Below are positions 43,111 through 52,935 of a stretch of 56,618 nucleotides of DNA, one piece after another (the first letter of the stretch is position 1; each line of letters begins with the position of its first letter). The DNA lies in UHGV virus genome UHGV-2050067, one strand, 5' to 3'. The notes beneath the pieces are model-generated. The model was not told where the DNA came from. It did not search any database and saw nothing but the letters and a program-made list of their open reading frames with translations. Both the position numbers and the translations under genes were made by a program. Source of the DNA: a virus.

Positions 43111-46100
43111 ATGAGTAGCGGCGGCGGCAAAGCCAAAACACCAGTATTATTAAACGATAACCTGTATCATAAACAGTTTTATCGTGTTTTAGATATTCTC
43201 AGCGAAGGGCCGATATACGGTCCGGTAAACCAGAAAGCGCCACTGAATGACGTGATGCTTAATGACACGCCTGTTACTGACGCAAACGGGAATACATCAA
43301 TCCCGGGGATTAGTGTAGCCTGGCGCAACGGCACGGCTGACCAATCGCCGATTAATGGCTTTAATGCCATCGAGTCAACCGTTATTGTCAACACAAAGGT
43401 AACTCACGACACACCAATAATCAGGACTGTTTCAGATCCAAACGTTACCCGCGTTAGGTTAAATCTTGGTGTCGATGCTCTGGTCCAGTCAGATGAAAAG
43501 GGCAACCAGTACAATACTTCCGTCATGTTGATGGTCGATGTTAAACCTTCATCATCTTCTACGTGGTCGCTGATTAAGGATATACAAATTGGCCCCGGAA
43601 AACAAAGCGGTGAGTATCTGGAAGCTCACATCATTAAAGCACCGGACGAAAAACCGTTTGATATTCGCGTGCGTCGCATAACAGCAGACAGCCACAGCGA
43701 TCTATTGCGGAACGATACGCGGTGGAGCAGTTACAGCGAAATAATTGACGATAACCTGTCTTATCCTCATACCGCTGTAGCTGGCGCAGTAATTGACCAC
43801 GATCAATATACTGATACGCCTACGCGTACCTATCACCTTCGCGGCCTGATTGTTGATGTTCCTGATAACTACAACACAGAAACGCGCACATATTCTGGTT
43901 TATGGCTTGGTGGATTCAAAAAAGCGTACACCAATAACCCTGCGTGGATTTTCCGGTATCTGGTTAAAAATGAGCGCTTCGGGCTTGCTAAACATGCTGG
44001 TTACATTGATGTTGATGATGGCGCTTTGTACGTGCTTTCTCAATACTGCGACCAGTTGGTTGATGATGGCTATGGTGGCCTTGAACCTCGCATGACTCTC
44101 AACGCTTACATTACGGAGCAAATGAGCGCCCGCGACCTACTGGATAACATCGCAGGTATGTTCCGTGGTATCGCGTTATGGGATGGACAGCGCCTTACTG
44201 TAATGATTGATGCACCGCAAGATCCAATTGCCACCATCACAAACGCAAACGTCGTTGATGGCGCGTTTACTCGCTCAAGTCTTCCGCTTGCAGAGTGTTA
44301 CAACGCCGTGATCGTATCATGGACTGACCCGGAAAACGGCTGGGAGCAATCAAAAGAATACGTGGCAGATGATGAACTAATCGCCCGCGATGGTTATAAC
44401 GAAACCACGTTGGAGGCGTTCGGGTGCACGTCACGCGGGCAAGCGTACCGCGCTGGTAAATGGCTGATAGAAACAGCAAAACGCGAGCCGTCTAAATTCA
44501 CGTTTAAAATGGCCCGTGACGCAATTCACTTCACCCCCGGTGATATTATCGAGATACTCGACAATAACCGCGCTGGCGCTCGTTTAGGCGGTCGCATCGT
44601 GGCAAACAACGGCAGGGTTATCACTGTCGATAAGGTTGATTCTGAATATATCGCCCCCGGCGACACCATTAGCCTGCTTGATAGTGACGGCAAATTTAAA
44701 AAACACCAGATCACCGGAGTTAGCGGAAACAAAATTACCCTTGCATCTGCCCCGGCATGGATTCGTAACGGTACTGTGTTTGCCGTGTCAACTAACGCAG
44801 CAAAACCCGTATTGTGTCGAATCGTCAGCGTGGCGGAAACTGAAAATAACAGCGTGTACACCATAGAGGCTGCACAGCATGATCCGCACAAACAGGCTGT
44901 AGTAGATAATGGCGCAATCTTTGAGGTCAACAACGATACGCTTAATCACTTCCGCGTGCCGAACATTGAAAACCTGAAGGTGTTAAACATTGGATCTGAA
45001 ACAGTTCAATGCCGCGCAACATGGGAAACATTGACGACAACTCATCGCCTGACCTTTGAAATCCGCGTATACAATTCAGCGGGGGCAGTAGTTAAATACT
45101 ACGAAACTACTAATTACAGTTATGATTTTTATGGCATTGATGCGGGAACCTACTCATTAGGCATCCGTGGCAGAAATGACACGGGCATGAAGGGTGCAGA
45201 AAGTATTGTGGATCTGGTTATTGGTGCACCAGCGGCCCCGGTAGGAGTTAACTGGGTTCCCGGTGTATTTCAGGCTACAGTTTACCCGATCAGCAGAACA
45301 ACACTTACCACTGACACCAGTTATGAGTTTTATTACTCAGGCGAAACACAAATCACCGATCCGACATCAGTAACCACTAAGGCACAATATACCGGGCGTG
45401 GTCATCAGTGGACGTTTGGCGGCATGAACACGGGCCACACCTATTACGTTTATGTGCGCACACGCAATGCTTTTGGCGTGTCTGACTTTGTGGAGGCATC
45501 AGGTAAGCCGACAGAGAATTTTGATGAAATCAGCGATTACGTCACCAAAGACGTGATGAACTCAGAACAGTTCAAGGAAATGATTGGTGACATCAAAGAT
45601 CTTGGTAACCGCACGGATGTTATTGAAAATGCTACAAATGAACTAAAAGCAGCTACTGACAACCTCAAAACTGCAACTGATAATCTGACCAATATAACTG
45701 ACGATTTAAGAACTGAAACCGACAACCTGACTAACATAACCGAAGATTTAAGAAATGATACTGACAACCTAATTACAGAAACAGGATCAATAAAAGCTGA
45801 TACCGATACGCTAAAAAAAGAAACAGAAGATCTTTATAAAAGAGTTAAGGAAAACGCCGATGATATTGGTCAGCATGAGTCAAGAATTGATTCATTAGAA
45901 GTGTCCAGCGAAAAAGTTGGCAGCGAACTGGCGCAAGCGAAAGCAAGCATGCAAAACGCGTCACTTGCTCTTATTAATAACTCACTTGCACAGACTAACA
46001 CCCGCGTAACTCTTACCGCTCAGTACAAGAAAGGCAGGACAGAGACGAAAGCGGAAATTGACCGTATTGACAACGTTATCGCTGAAGAGAAGAAGGCGAC

Positions 46101-48552
46101 AGCGGAATCACTGAAAACCATCACGGCAGAAATGAATACGATGGATTCAAACCTCAAAGGTCAGATTTCTAGCGTGCAACGCGCAGTAGCTGACGAGGCC
46201 AGCGCACGCGCTGAAGCTATTAACGGTGTAAACGCCTCAATAAGCAATCTTGACAAGAAAACTGACGCCAGCGTTAACCGCCTTGATCAAGCTATCGCCG
46301 ACGAAACAAGCGCACGCACCCAGGCAGTCAGCGACGTTAACGCAAATATCTCAGCACTTGACAAGAAAACTGACGCCAGCGTTAAACGTTTGGATCAAGC
46401 TATTGCAGACGAAACAAGCGCCCGCAGCGAGGCTATTAGTGGAGTAAACGCCTCGGTATCAGCTCTCGACAAGAAAACTGACTCAAGTATAAGCCGTCTT
46501 GATAAGGCAATAGCAGACGAGACGAGCGCGAGAACTGAAGCCATTAACGGTGTGAAGGCGTCAATTTCCACACTTGACGGTAAGGTCACAAGTAACGTTA
46601 ATCGTCTTGATAAGGCGATTGCTGACGAAACGAAGGCGCGCACTGACGCTATCAGCAGTGTAAATGCAAGTATTAGCACACTTGAAAGCAACACCAAATC
46701 AGAAGTAAGCAGACTTGATCAGGCGATTGCTGACGAGGCCAGCGCACGCGCACAAGCAATCAGTGGCGTGAACGCCTCAATAGACAGTCTAGAAAGAAAA
46801 ACCGACGCGAGCGTTTCCCGTCTTGATAAAGCAATAGCAGATGAAACGCAGGCAAGAAGCGACGCAATAACAGAGGTTAAAGCAGATTTAACAACGCTTG
46901 AGAACAGCACAAACGCCAGCGTTAAGCGTCTTGATCAGGCAATTGCCGATGAATCAAGCGCCCGCGCACAGGCAATATCAGGCCTCAGCGCAAATCTTGG
47001 CACTGTTGAAAATAATGTTGGCAAAAACAGCGACGAAATAAATCAGGCAAAAGCAAGCCTGCAAAACGCATCTATTGCACTTATCAATAACTCAATCGCT
47101 CAAACCAACACGCGAGTTACTCTTACGGCCCAATACAAGAAAGGCCTCAGAGAAACAAACGCGCAAATTGACCGTATTGACAATGTTATTGCTGAAGAAA
47201 AAAAAGCTACGGCAGAAGCCATTAGCGGGGTAAACGCATCTATCACTAATCTTGATGATAAGACTGAAGCAAGCGTAAACCGTCTTGATCAGGCAATTGC
47301 AGACGAAACAAGCGCCAGAGGACAAGCTATCAGCGAAGTTAGCGCAAGTGTCAGCACGCTTGATAATAAAGTGACAAGCAACGTCACCAGGATGGACAAA
47401 GCCATCGCCGACGAAACAAAAGCACGCACAGACGCAATAAGCGGCCTCAGTGCATCGCTTACCAGTACGATTAATTCAAAAGTATCTGAAGTGTCGACAG
47501 CGCTCTCTACGCATGAGGAATCAAGCGCGGAAAAATTTAGCCAGATCTCAGCGTCTTTCGAATCAGTAAACTCAAGTATTACAGAATGGTCGCAGGCAAT
47601 GGCAACGGCTGACGAGGCATTATCAAGCAAAATTGATCAGTTGACAGTAACAGTTAACGGGAACAAAACGGCGATAGAGACGACATCGAAAGCGTTAACC
47701 GACTTCAAAGGTAATGTTGATGCGTCGTACTCTATCAAGCTGGCGACCGACAACAACGGAATGAAATACGCAACAGGTATGTCGCTTGGCCTCACTGGTG
47801 ACGGCACTAACTTTCAGTCACAGTGTATTTTCCTTGTTGACCGTTTCGTGTTAATGACCGCAGCAAACGGCACATATACAACGCCTTTCTATGTCACCAA
47901 TGGCGCAATGTATGTAAGAGAAGCGTTTATTAAGGACGGAACTATCAACTCCGCCAAAATAGCCGATCGAATACAGTCAGTTAATTACAGCTGGGGAAAC
48001 GGTACAGGATGGGCGATAGATAAAGCCGGTGACGCAGTATTTAACCAGGTAACCGTAAGGGGTACGGTATACGCTTATGCTGGTGTGTTTAACGGTACTG
48101 TTTACGCAACTGGCGGTAAATTTACTGGAGCAGTTGAAGCTACAAGTTTTGTTGGTGACGTAGCAAGTATGTCAGTGATAAACGAGGATGTATTTCCGTC
48201 AATGAGGGGAAATGGCAGCAGGCGCGTTTCGAAAACTTATCTTGATTCAAGTTCATCAAGTTTATCAAAAACAGTTTACGTTATGATTCCATATGATTTG
48301 TCATACTATACATATGGGGAATCTTCTCGCATCAATGTAACTATAAATATAAGCGGACACGCAAAAACAATTGATATAGAAAGGCCAGCATCAACCCCAG
48401 CAATGTCAACTGTCGCGGTGCACTGTGTATCTGGCCTCACATACCCAACAATTACAGTAGAGGTGACGGAAAACTTTACCAATACATCTAATGCAGCAAA
48501 AAGAAAACCAGGTTTAATACTTATAACAAGAAGTTCAGGAACATGGATATAA
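43111..48552 (+). CDS. host specificity / central tail fiber protein (J-like), 1813 aa with internal repeat domain
   Basis: Largest ORF; conserved J-like N-terminal region followed by repetitive fibrous region; follows I-like gene. Confidence 0.85.
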   Translation: MSSGGGKAKTPVLLNDNLYHKQFYRVLDILSEGPIYGPVNQKAPLNDVMLNDTPVTDANGNTSIPGISVAWRNGTADQSPINGFNAIESTVIVNTKVTHDTPIIRTVSDPNVTRVRLNLGVDALVQSDEKGNQYNTSVMLMVDVKPSSSSTWSLIKDIQIGPGKQSGEYLEAHIIKAPDEKPFDIRVRRITADSHSDLLRNDTRWSSYSEIIDDNLSYPHTAVAGAVIDHDQYTDTPTRTYHLRGLIVDVPDNYNTETRTYSGLWLGGFKKAYTNNPAWIFRYLVKNERFGLAKHAGYIDVDDGALYVLSQYCDQLVDDGYGGLEPRMTLNAYITEQMSARDLLDNIAGMFRGIALWDGQRLTVMIDAPQDPIATITNANVVDGAFTRSSLPLAECYNAVIVSWTDPENGWEQSKEYVADDELIARDGYNETTLEAFGCTSRGQAYRAGKWLIETAKREPSKFTFKMARDAIHFTPGDIIEILDNNRAGARLGGRIVANNGRVITVDKVDSEYIAPGDTISLLDSDGKFKKHQITGVSGNKITLASAPAWIRNGTVFAVSTNAAKPVLCRIVSVAETENNSVYTIEAAQHDPHKQAVVDNGAIFEVNNDTLNHFRVPNIENLKVLNIGSETVQCRATWETLTTTHRLTFEIRVYNSAGAVVKYYETTNYSYDFYGIDAGTYSLGIRGRNDTGMKGAESIVDLVIGAPAAPVGVNWVPGVFQATVYPISRTTLTTDTSYEFYYSGETQITDPTSVTTKAQYTGRGHQWTFGGMNTGHTYYVYVRTRNAFGVSDFVEASGKPTENFDEISDYVTKDVMNSEQFKEMIGDIKDLGNRTDVIENATNELKAATDNLKTATDNLTNITDDLRTETDNLTNITEDLRNDTDNLITETGSIKADTDTLKKETEDLYKRVKENADDIGQHESRIDSLEVSSEKVGSELAQAKASMQNASLALINNSLAQTNTRVTLTAQYKKGRTETKAEIDRIDNVIAEEKKATAESLKTITAEMNTMDSNLKGQISSVQRAVADEASARAEAINGVNASISNLDKKTDASVNRLDQAIADETSARTQAVSDVNANISALDKKTDASVKRLDQAIADETSARSEAISGVNASVSALDKKTDSSISRLDKAIADETSARTEAINGVKASISTLDGKVTSNVNRLDKAIADETKARTDAISSVNASISTLESNTKSEVSRLDQAIADEASARAQAISGVNASIDSLERKTDASVSRLDKAIADETQARSDAITEVKADLTTLENSTNASVKRLDQAIADESSARAQAISGLSANLGTVENNVGKNSDEINQAKASLQNASIALINNSIAQTNTRVTLTAQYKKGLRETNAQIDRIDNVIAEEKKATAEAISGVNASITNLDDKTEASVNRLDQAIADETSARGQAISEVSASVSTLDNKVTSNVTRMDKAIADETKARTDAISGLSASLTSTINSKVSEVSTALSTHEESSAEKFSQISASFESVNSSITEWSQAMATADEALSSKIDQLTVTVNGNKTAIETTSKALTDFKGNVDASYSIKLATDNNGMKYATGMSLGLTGDGTNFQSQCIFLVDRFVLMTAANGTYTTPFYVTNGAMYVREAFIKDGTINSAKIADRIQSVNYSWGNGTGWAIDKAGDAVFNQVTVRGTVYAYAGVFNGTVYATGGKFTGAVEATSFVGDVASMSVINEDVFPSMRGNGSRRVSKTYLDSSSSSLSKTVYVMIPYDLSYYTYGESSRINVTINISGHAKTIDIERPASTPAMSTVAVHCVSGLTYPTITVEVTENFTNTSNAAKRKPGLILITRSSGTWI
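45640..45790 (+). repeat. short in-frame coding repeats (TDNL-type) within J-like gene
   Basis: NATNELKAATDNLKTATDNLTNITDDLRTETDNLTNITEDLRNDTDNLITE. Confidence 0.7.
46174..47470 (+). repeat. about ten tandem 108-bp (36-aa) coding repeats in J-like gene, plus a higher-order duplication
   Basis: Units of the form V-x-RLDQAIADETSAR-x-x-AISGVNASIS-x-LDKKTDAS repeated; AKASxQNASxALINNSxAQTNTRVTLTAQYKKG block at about 45940 duplicated at about 47050. Confidence 0.85.
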
Positions 48553-48557
48553 AAAAT

Positions 48558-48585
48558 AACCCCGCTTCGCGCGGGGTTTTCTTTT
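48558..48585. terminator. bidirectional rho-independent terminator between J-like gene and lipoprotein moron
   Basis: aaccccgc-ttcgc-gcggggtt hairpin flanked by A-run upstream and T-run downstream. Confidence 0.65.
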
Positions 48586-48832
48586 AGTAGTTAGCTACAC
48601 AGTTAGAAGGGCTACCGATGCGGCGCATGTTGTGATCGAGTTCGTGACACCATTGACCAGTATAAGGCAGTTTTTCAGTGTCATAGACAAGATGCCCGTT
48701 AACATCATAAACAACATCCTGTGGAATTACTCCACTATTCGGCAGGTTATGCAATGCAGCTTCCTTATCAACAGCACATCCAGTAAGAGCTACAGCCGCA
48801 GCGAACAAAACCACTTTGAACATGTTTTTCAT
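48584..48832 (-). CDS. lipoprotein moron (possible Cor-like superinfection-exclusion lipoprotein)
   Basis: 82 aa; signal peptide with lipobox (VALTGC); opposite strand between J and tail fiber genes. Confidence 0.55.
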   Translation of the reverse strand: MKNMFKVVLFAAAVALTGCAVDKEAALHNLPNSGVIPQDVVYDVNGHLVYDTEKLPYTGQWCHELDHNMRRIGSPSNCVANY

Positions 48833-48926
48833 TTTTAAAGCCTCATTCTCGTTTGTTCATCCGGTTCATCCGGTGGCTTAAATATCCGACAAAAGCACAT
48901 TTCGTATATTGACACAAATCAACAAA

Positions 48927-49000
48927 TACATTTTGTGTAAGCAGAAAATGCAACACAGATCACAAAATGGTAGAATTATTCCGTTAATTAACAAAATGGA
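48927..49000. promoter_or_regulatory. TACAAAATGG-family motif cluster upstream of tail fiber gene / lipoprotein moron
   Basis: tacattttgtg (48927), atcacaaaatgg (48958), aacaaaatggagtcattgcg (48990) immediately before the fiber ATG. Confidence 0.35.
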
Positions 49001-49009
49001 GTCATTGCG

Positions 49010-51214
49010 ATGATTTACACAACTGGAACAATTGCCATCAACGGCAATACTGTTACAGGCACGGGAACAAACTTTTCCGCGCCGCTTTCTCTTATTCGTG
49101 TAGGTTGCACGCTCATTGCTGTTGGCAATCCGGTACAGATCTTTACCATCACAGAAATTAAAAGCGGCACTGAACTGTCAGTGACGCCAGCGGCTAACCC
49201 CGCCATCCCTGCCGGGACAAAATTCAGCATCCTGCTATCTGACTCGATCTCAGTTGATGGGCTTGCTCAGGATGTGGCTGAAACCCTGCGTTACTACCAG
49301 GGCAAGGAAACAGAGATCGCCGCCGCTGTCGAGTGGTGGGAGGATTTTGGCGGCGAAGGTCAGTTGGATCAGCTTCTTACCAACATTCGCGCAGAGACAG
49401 CCAAATCAACCGCCAACGCTCAAAAAACAGGATCCGACAAAAACGCAGCAGAAGCGTCAAAAACAGCGGCTGCAAAATCCGCCACGGCAGCGAAAACATC
49501 AGAAACCAACGCTAAGGCAAGTGAGACGGCAGCGAAAACAAGCGAAACCAACGCCAAAACATCAGAGAACAGGGCGCAAAAATATCTGAATCAAATGGGA
49601 AGGCTTACCAGCCCAATGGTCCAATGTGCTTGGCCTGTTAATACTAGCGGTAATGGCGCTTACGTTAAGATTGCTAAACTTAGCGATCCAAAGTTTTCAG
49701 AGTGCCACTTAACGCTAATGGTTACAAATGGCGGTGGCTACGGTTTAAGTTACGGGAATATTGACTTTATAGAGATCTCCGCTCGAGATCTTAACGACAC
49801 AGGCGAAGTAACCAGTGAAAATATATCTAAATTTTTAAGTATTCGCCGACTCGGTTCACCAAACCTTCCCAATAATAGTCAAATGCGTTACGGCCTGGTT
49901 AAAGGTGACGGCTATATCGAGGTCTGGTGCTACCAGCGATCTTATATTCAAGGCACAAAAGTAGCGGTGCTGGCGCAGACTGGCAACACGGAATTATACA
50001 TTCCTGAAGGATTTGTTAAACAAGACAATGCACCTTCAGGATTTATTGAAAGCCCAGCAGCAAGGATTTACGACCAGGTAAACAAACCTACTAAAGCAGA
50101 TTTAGGCCTTTCTAATGCTATGCTTATAGGCGCTTTTGGTCTTGGCGGTAGCGGTCTTACTTTGGATGGTAAAATGACCGATAAGGAACTACTACAAGAG
50201 CTAAGGGCGAAAGGTGGGTGTTTCTGGAGGTCAGGAAAACCAACAGGTAGCGAATCAACAATTTTCAGCCACGGTTCTGGTATATTCTCGCGGTGCGGCG
50301 ATACGTGGTCAGCTATTAATATCGATTACGAAAGCGGTAGAGTAAAGATTTACTCTAGTAACGATAATAGACTCAACAATGGTACTTTTAACATAAATGA
50401 GCTATACGGAACCAAATACAAGCCGTCGAAATCGGATGTTGGACTTGGTAACGTAACTAACGATGCGCAGGTGAAAAAATCCGGCGACATTATGTCAGGT
50501 GATCTGTCGATCACTAAAGCAACACCTTCACTATACCTGCGTTCAAAAAGTGGAACCGCCCATGTATGGTTCCAAAATGAGGATCAGTCGGAACGCGGCG
50601 TTATTTTTGCGCCTACAAATACTGATACGCTTGGAGAAGTTCACATCAGGGCTAAAAACGCAAAAGGTGAAACAAACGGTGATCTTATTGTTCGCCACGA
50701 TGGGAGGGTTGAAGTCCGTGATCTCTCAGTAGAGTATAAGATTAAAAGCGCCACCGCAGAAGTTAGCGGTAATATCACATGCCAGACACTTCACCAATCA
50801 TCTGACCGCGACCTTAAAGATAACATTCAGGTTATAGGTGAAGCCACTGAATTAATCCGCAAAATGAACGGGTACACCTACACGCTCAAGGAAAACGGCC
50901 TTCCTTATGCTGGCGTTATTGCACAGGAAGTAATGGAGGCGCTACCGGAAGCCGTAGGATCGTTTACTCGTTACGGTGAAGAATTGCAGGGTCCGACCGT
51001 TGACGGCAACGAGCTACGAGAAGAAACACGTTACCTTAATGTTGACTATGCGGCGGTGACTGGTTTACTTGTCCAGGTGGCACGCGAAACGGATAACCGC
51101 GTCACCGAACTGGAAGAGGAGAACGCAAGCCTGAAAGCTAACATTGCCGCAATGGATGAGCGGATAGCAAAACTTGAAGCGCTTATCAGTCAGTTGACCG
51201 GAAGCGAAGAATAA
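49010..51214 (+). CDS. tail fiber protein with C-terminal intramolecular chaperone (S74-type) domain
   Basis: 734 aa; Ala/Thr-rich repeats (KTSETNAKASETAAKTSETNAKTSE); C-terminal DLKDNIQVIGEATELIRKMNGYTYTLKENGLPYAGVIAQEV and final coiled coil typical of autoproteolytic chaperone domains. Confidence 0.75.
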   Translation: MIYTTGTIAINGNTVTGTGTNFSAPLSLIRVGCTLIAVGNPVQIFTITEIKSGTELSVTPAANPAIPAGTKFSILLSDSISVDGLAQDVAETLRYYQGKETEIAAAVEWWEDFGGEGQLDQLLTNIRAETAKSTANAQKTGSDKNAAEASKTAAAKSATAAKTSETNAKASETAAKTSETNAKTSENRAQKYLNQMGRLTSPMVQCAWPVNTSGNGAYVKIAKLSDPKFSECHLTLMVTNGGGYGLSYGNIDFIEISARDLNDTGEVTSENISKFLSIRRLGSPNLPNNSQMRYGLVKGDGYIEVWCYQRSYIQGTKVAVLAQTGNTELYIPEGFVKQDNAPSGFIESPAARIYDQVNKPTKADLGLSNAMLIGAFGLGGSGLTLDGKMTDKELLQELRAKGGCFWRSGKPTGSESTIFSHGSGIFSRCGDTWSAINIDYESGRVKIYSSNDNRLNNGTFNINELYGTKYKPSKSDVGLGNVTNDAQVKKSGDIMSGDLSITKATPSLYLRSKSGTAHVWFQNEDQSERGVIFAPTNTDTLGEVHIRAKNAKGETNGDLIVRHDGRVEVRDLSVEYKIKSATAEVSGNITCQTLHQSSDRDLKDNIQVIGEATELIRKMNGYTYTLKENGLPYAGVIAQEVMEALPEAVGSFTRYGEELQGPTVDGNELREETRYLNVDYAAVTGLLVQVARETDNRVTELEEENASLKANIAAMDERIAKLEALISQLTGSEE

Positions 51215-51243
51215 GAGGTGATGTGCGAAGAACATCGCCGCGC

Positions 51244-51273
51244 GAAACGAGGCTAACGCCTCGTTTCTTTTTG
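51244..51273 (+). terminator. rho-independent terminator after the tail fiber gene
   Basis: gaaacgaggc-taac-gcctcgtttc hairpin followed by ttttt. Confidence 0.7.
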
Positions 51274-51535
51274 TGTACCAAATAGTGACCAAATACCCAA
51301 AACCAAAAACAAAAGCACTGCAACATACTGTTTTATAAATTATTATTCACAAAGCTAACCATTCCAGACAGTAACGATTCGTGGTGTTCAATCCCGTTCA
51401 GACTCGTTCACGGTTGATAAAAAATATCATTTAAATTCACTAAGTTACATCTCAATCATCCTGTCGTGTGTTTAAATCCGTTCAATGGTGTTAATATCCG
51501 TTCAGATAAAACTGTGTACCAAATCGTGACCAAAA
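51272..51535. other. attP-like / prophage junction region with direct repeats and candidate integrase arm sites
   Basis: 22-bp direct repeats tgtgtaccaaat(a/c)gtgaccaaa at 51272-51293 and 51514-51535; TCCGTTCA-type motifs at about 51393, 51405, 51478, 51498; AT-rich; directly upstream of int. Confidence 0.45.
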
Positions 51536-51550
51536 AAAAGAGGTATCAGA

Positions 51551-52765
51551 ATGCTGACGGATACGAAATTACGCGCAATAGCAAACAAGCCATATGACGG
51601 CCCGAACGAGATAGCGGATCGCGACGGCTTGTCTGCCAGGATAAGCCCGAAGGGGAAAATTATTTTCCAGTTCAGGTACAGGTTCAACGGTAAGCCTGTA
51701 AGGATGAAGATTGGCGATTACGGCAGTATGACATTGAAAGATGCACGCTACGCGGTGGCAGAATACAAAGAGCTATTAGCGAAGGGGAAAAACCCAACTG
51801 TTTCAGTAAAGCAAGCGATAAATATTGAGCGTGGCAAATTAACAATAAGCGCCATTGTGAGTGACTATTTATCCCTGCCGAACGTTATTAAGCTGGTTGC
51901 ATATAATGACGTCAGGAGCGCGCTTAAGCGCCATGTTGTCGATAAATTCGGTGAGTATATTGCCGATGATGTCAGCACTAAACAATGGATGGACATATTC
52001 GGCGAGATCACTGCGGCGGGCCACGCGGTTACGGCTGGGCTGATACTCAAGCGAATGAAGATTGTTGTGAACAGCGCTATCCGGCGCGGGCTAATGACCA
52101 GTACAGCGATAAACAATATCAGGGTTGTTGACGTAGGCGAAAATTATGCGGTTGGCGAGCGTTATTTATCGTGCGATGAAATAGGCCATTTCTGGCGAAC
52201 GGTGGATGATTCGCAGATCTACCGTCAGAACAAGATAGCATTAAAGCTATTATTGCTAACCGGGTGCAGGGTGGGGGAGTTGCAGAAAATGAGAAGGGAA
52301 CACCTCGACCTGGACAACGGAGTATGGACCGTCCCGGCGGCGGTGGCGAAGACAAGAAGTGAAATCAGGCGTGGATTATCAGATTTGTCGATAAAAATGC
52401 TCAGGGAGGTATTATCCTCCCATGAGTATGATTATGTGTTCCCGCCAGTGATTAACGGAGGGAACAGACCAGTAAACGCATCAGTGATAAAAGTAGCTGC
52501 AATCTTCGTGCGTAAAAGGATGGGAGGCAAATCATGGTCCTGTCACGACCTCCGCAGGACGTGCCGTACACACCTTTCAGCTATAGGTGTTCCGGTACAT
52601 GTCGCGGAAAAGGTATTAGGCCATTCACTCAGGGGAATACTGGCAGTGTACGACAAATATGATTATCTTGATGAACAAAAGGAGGCGTTAAATAAATTTG
52701 CGGATTACGTCTTATCCCTGGCTGGCGTTAATCCGATCTTATCAAAGAACCGCATCACCTCCTGA
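51551..52765 (+). CDS. int: tyrosine integrase (P4-type)
   Basis: 404 aa; arm-binding-like N-terminus; catalytic region with GCRVGELQKMRREHLD (Arg), HDLRRTCRTH (His-x-x-Arg), VLGHS, VYDKYDY (Tyr). Confidence 0.9.
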   Translation: MLTDTKLRAIANKPYDGPNEIADRDGLSARISPKGKIIFQFRYRFNGKPVRMKIGDYGSMTLKDARYAVAEYKELLAKGKNPTVSVKQAINIERGKLTISAIVSDYLSLPNVIKLVAYNDVRSALKRHVVDKFGEYIADDVSTKQWMDIFGEITAAGHAVTAGLILKRMKIVVNSAIRRGLMTSTAINNIRVVDVGENYAVGERYLSCDEIGHFWRTVDDSQIYRQNKIALKLLLLTGCRVGELQKMRREHLDLDNGVWTVPAAVAKTRSEIRRGLSDLSIKMLREVLSSHEYDYVFPPVINGGNRPVNASVIKVAAIFVRKRMGGKSWSCHDLRRTCRTHLSAIGVPVHVAEKVLGHSLRGILAVYDKYDYLDEQKEALNKFADYVLSLAGVNPILSKNRITS

Positions 52766-52935
52766 TAGCGGTACATGACGCCCCGCCCGGTCCCCAACAC
52801 ATCAACAGGGTCCGGGAATGGAGTTCCGTTTTCCTCCCACTTTTTACGCCATGAATAGAACGTTCCCCTGCTAATTCCCCCAAGCATACGGCAGATGGCA
52901 GGGCGACTAAGAAGAATTGTTGCCGTCTTATCCAT
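52705..52935 (-). CDS. AlpA-family excisionase / transcriptional regulator
   Basis: 76 aa; RPAICRMLGGISRGTFYSWRKKWEENGTPFPDPV matches the AlpA-type HTH pattern; convergent with and overlapping the int 3' end by about 61 bp. Confidence 0.65.
   Translation of the reverse strand: MDKTATILLSRPAICRMLGGISRGTFYSWRKKWEENGTPFPDPVDVLGTGRGVMYRYQEVMRFFDKIGLTPARDKT

Noticed and set aside
46174-47470. Possible CRISPR-like array because of regularly spaced repeats
   Set aside because: Repeats are 108 bp, contiguous without spacers, in frame and protein-coding; not CRISPR.
43179-47630. Multiple antisense or alternate-frame ORFs within the J-like gene
   Set aside because: Generated by the repetitive coding region; J is a single uninterrupted 1813-aa frame.
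51215-51550. tRNA or tmRNA 3' fragment expected next to a P4-type integrase
   Set aside because: No acceptor stem / T-arm (GTTCRANYC) structure could be folded by eye; left as attP-like region only.
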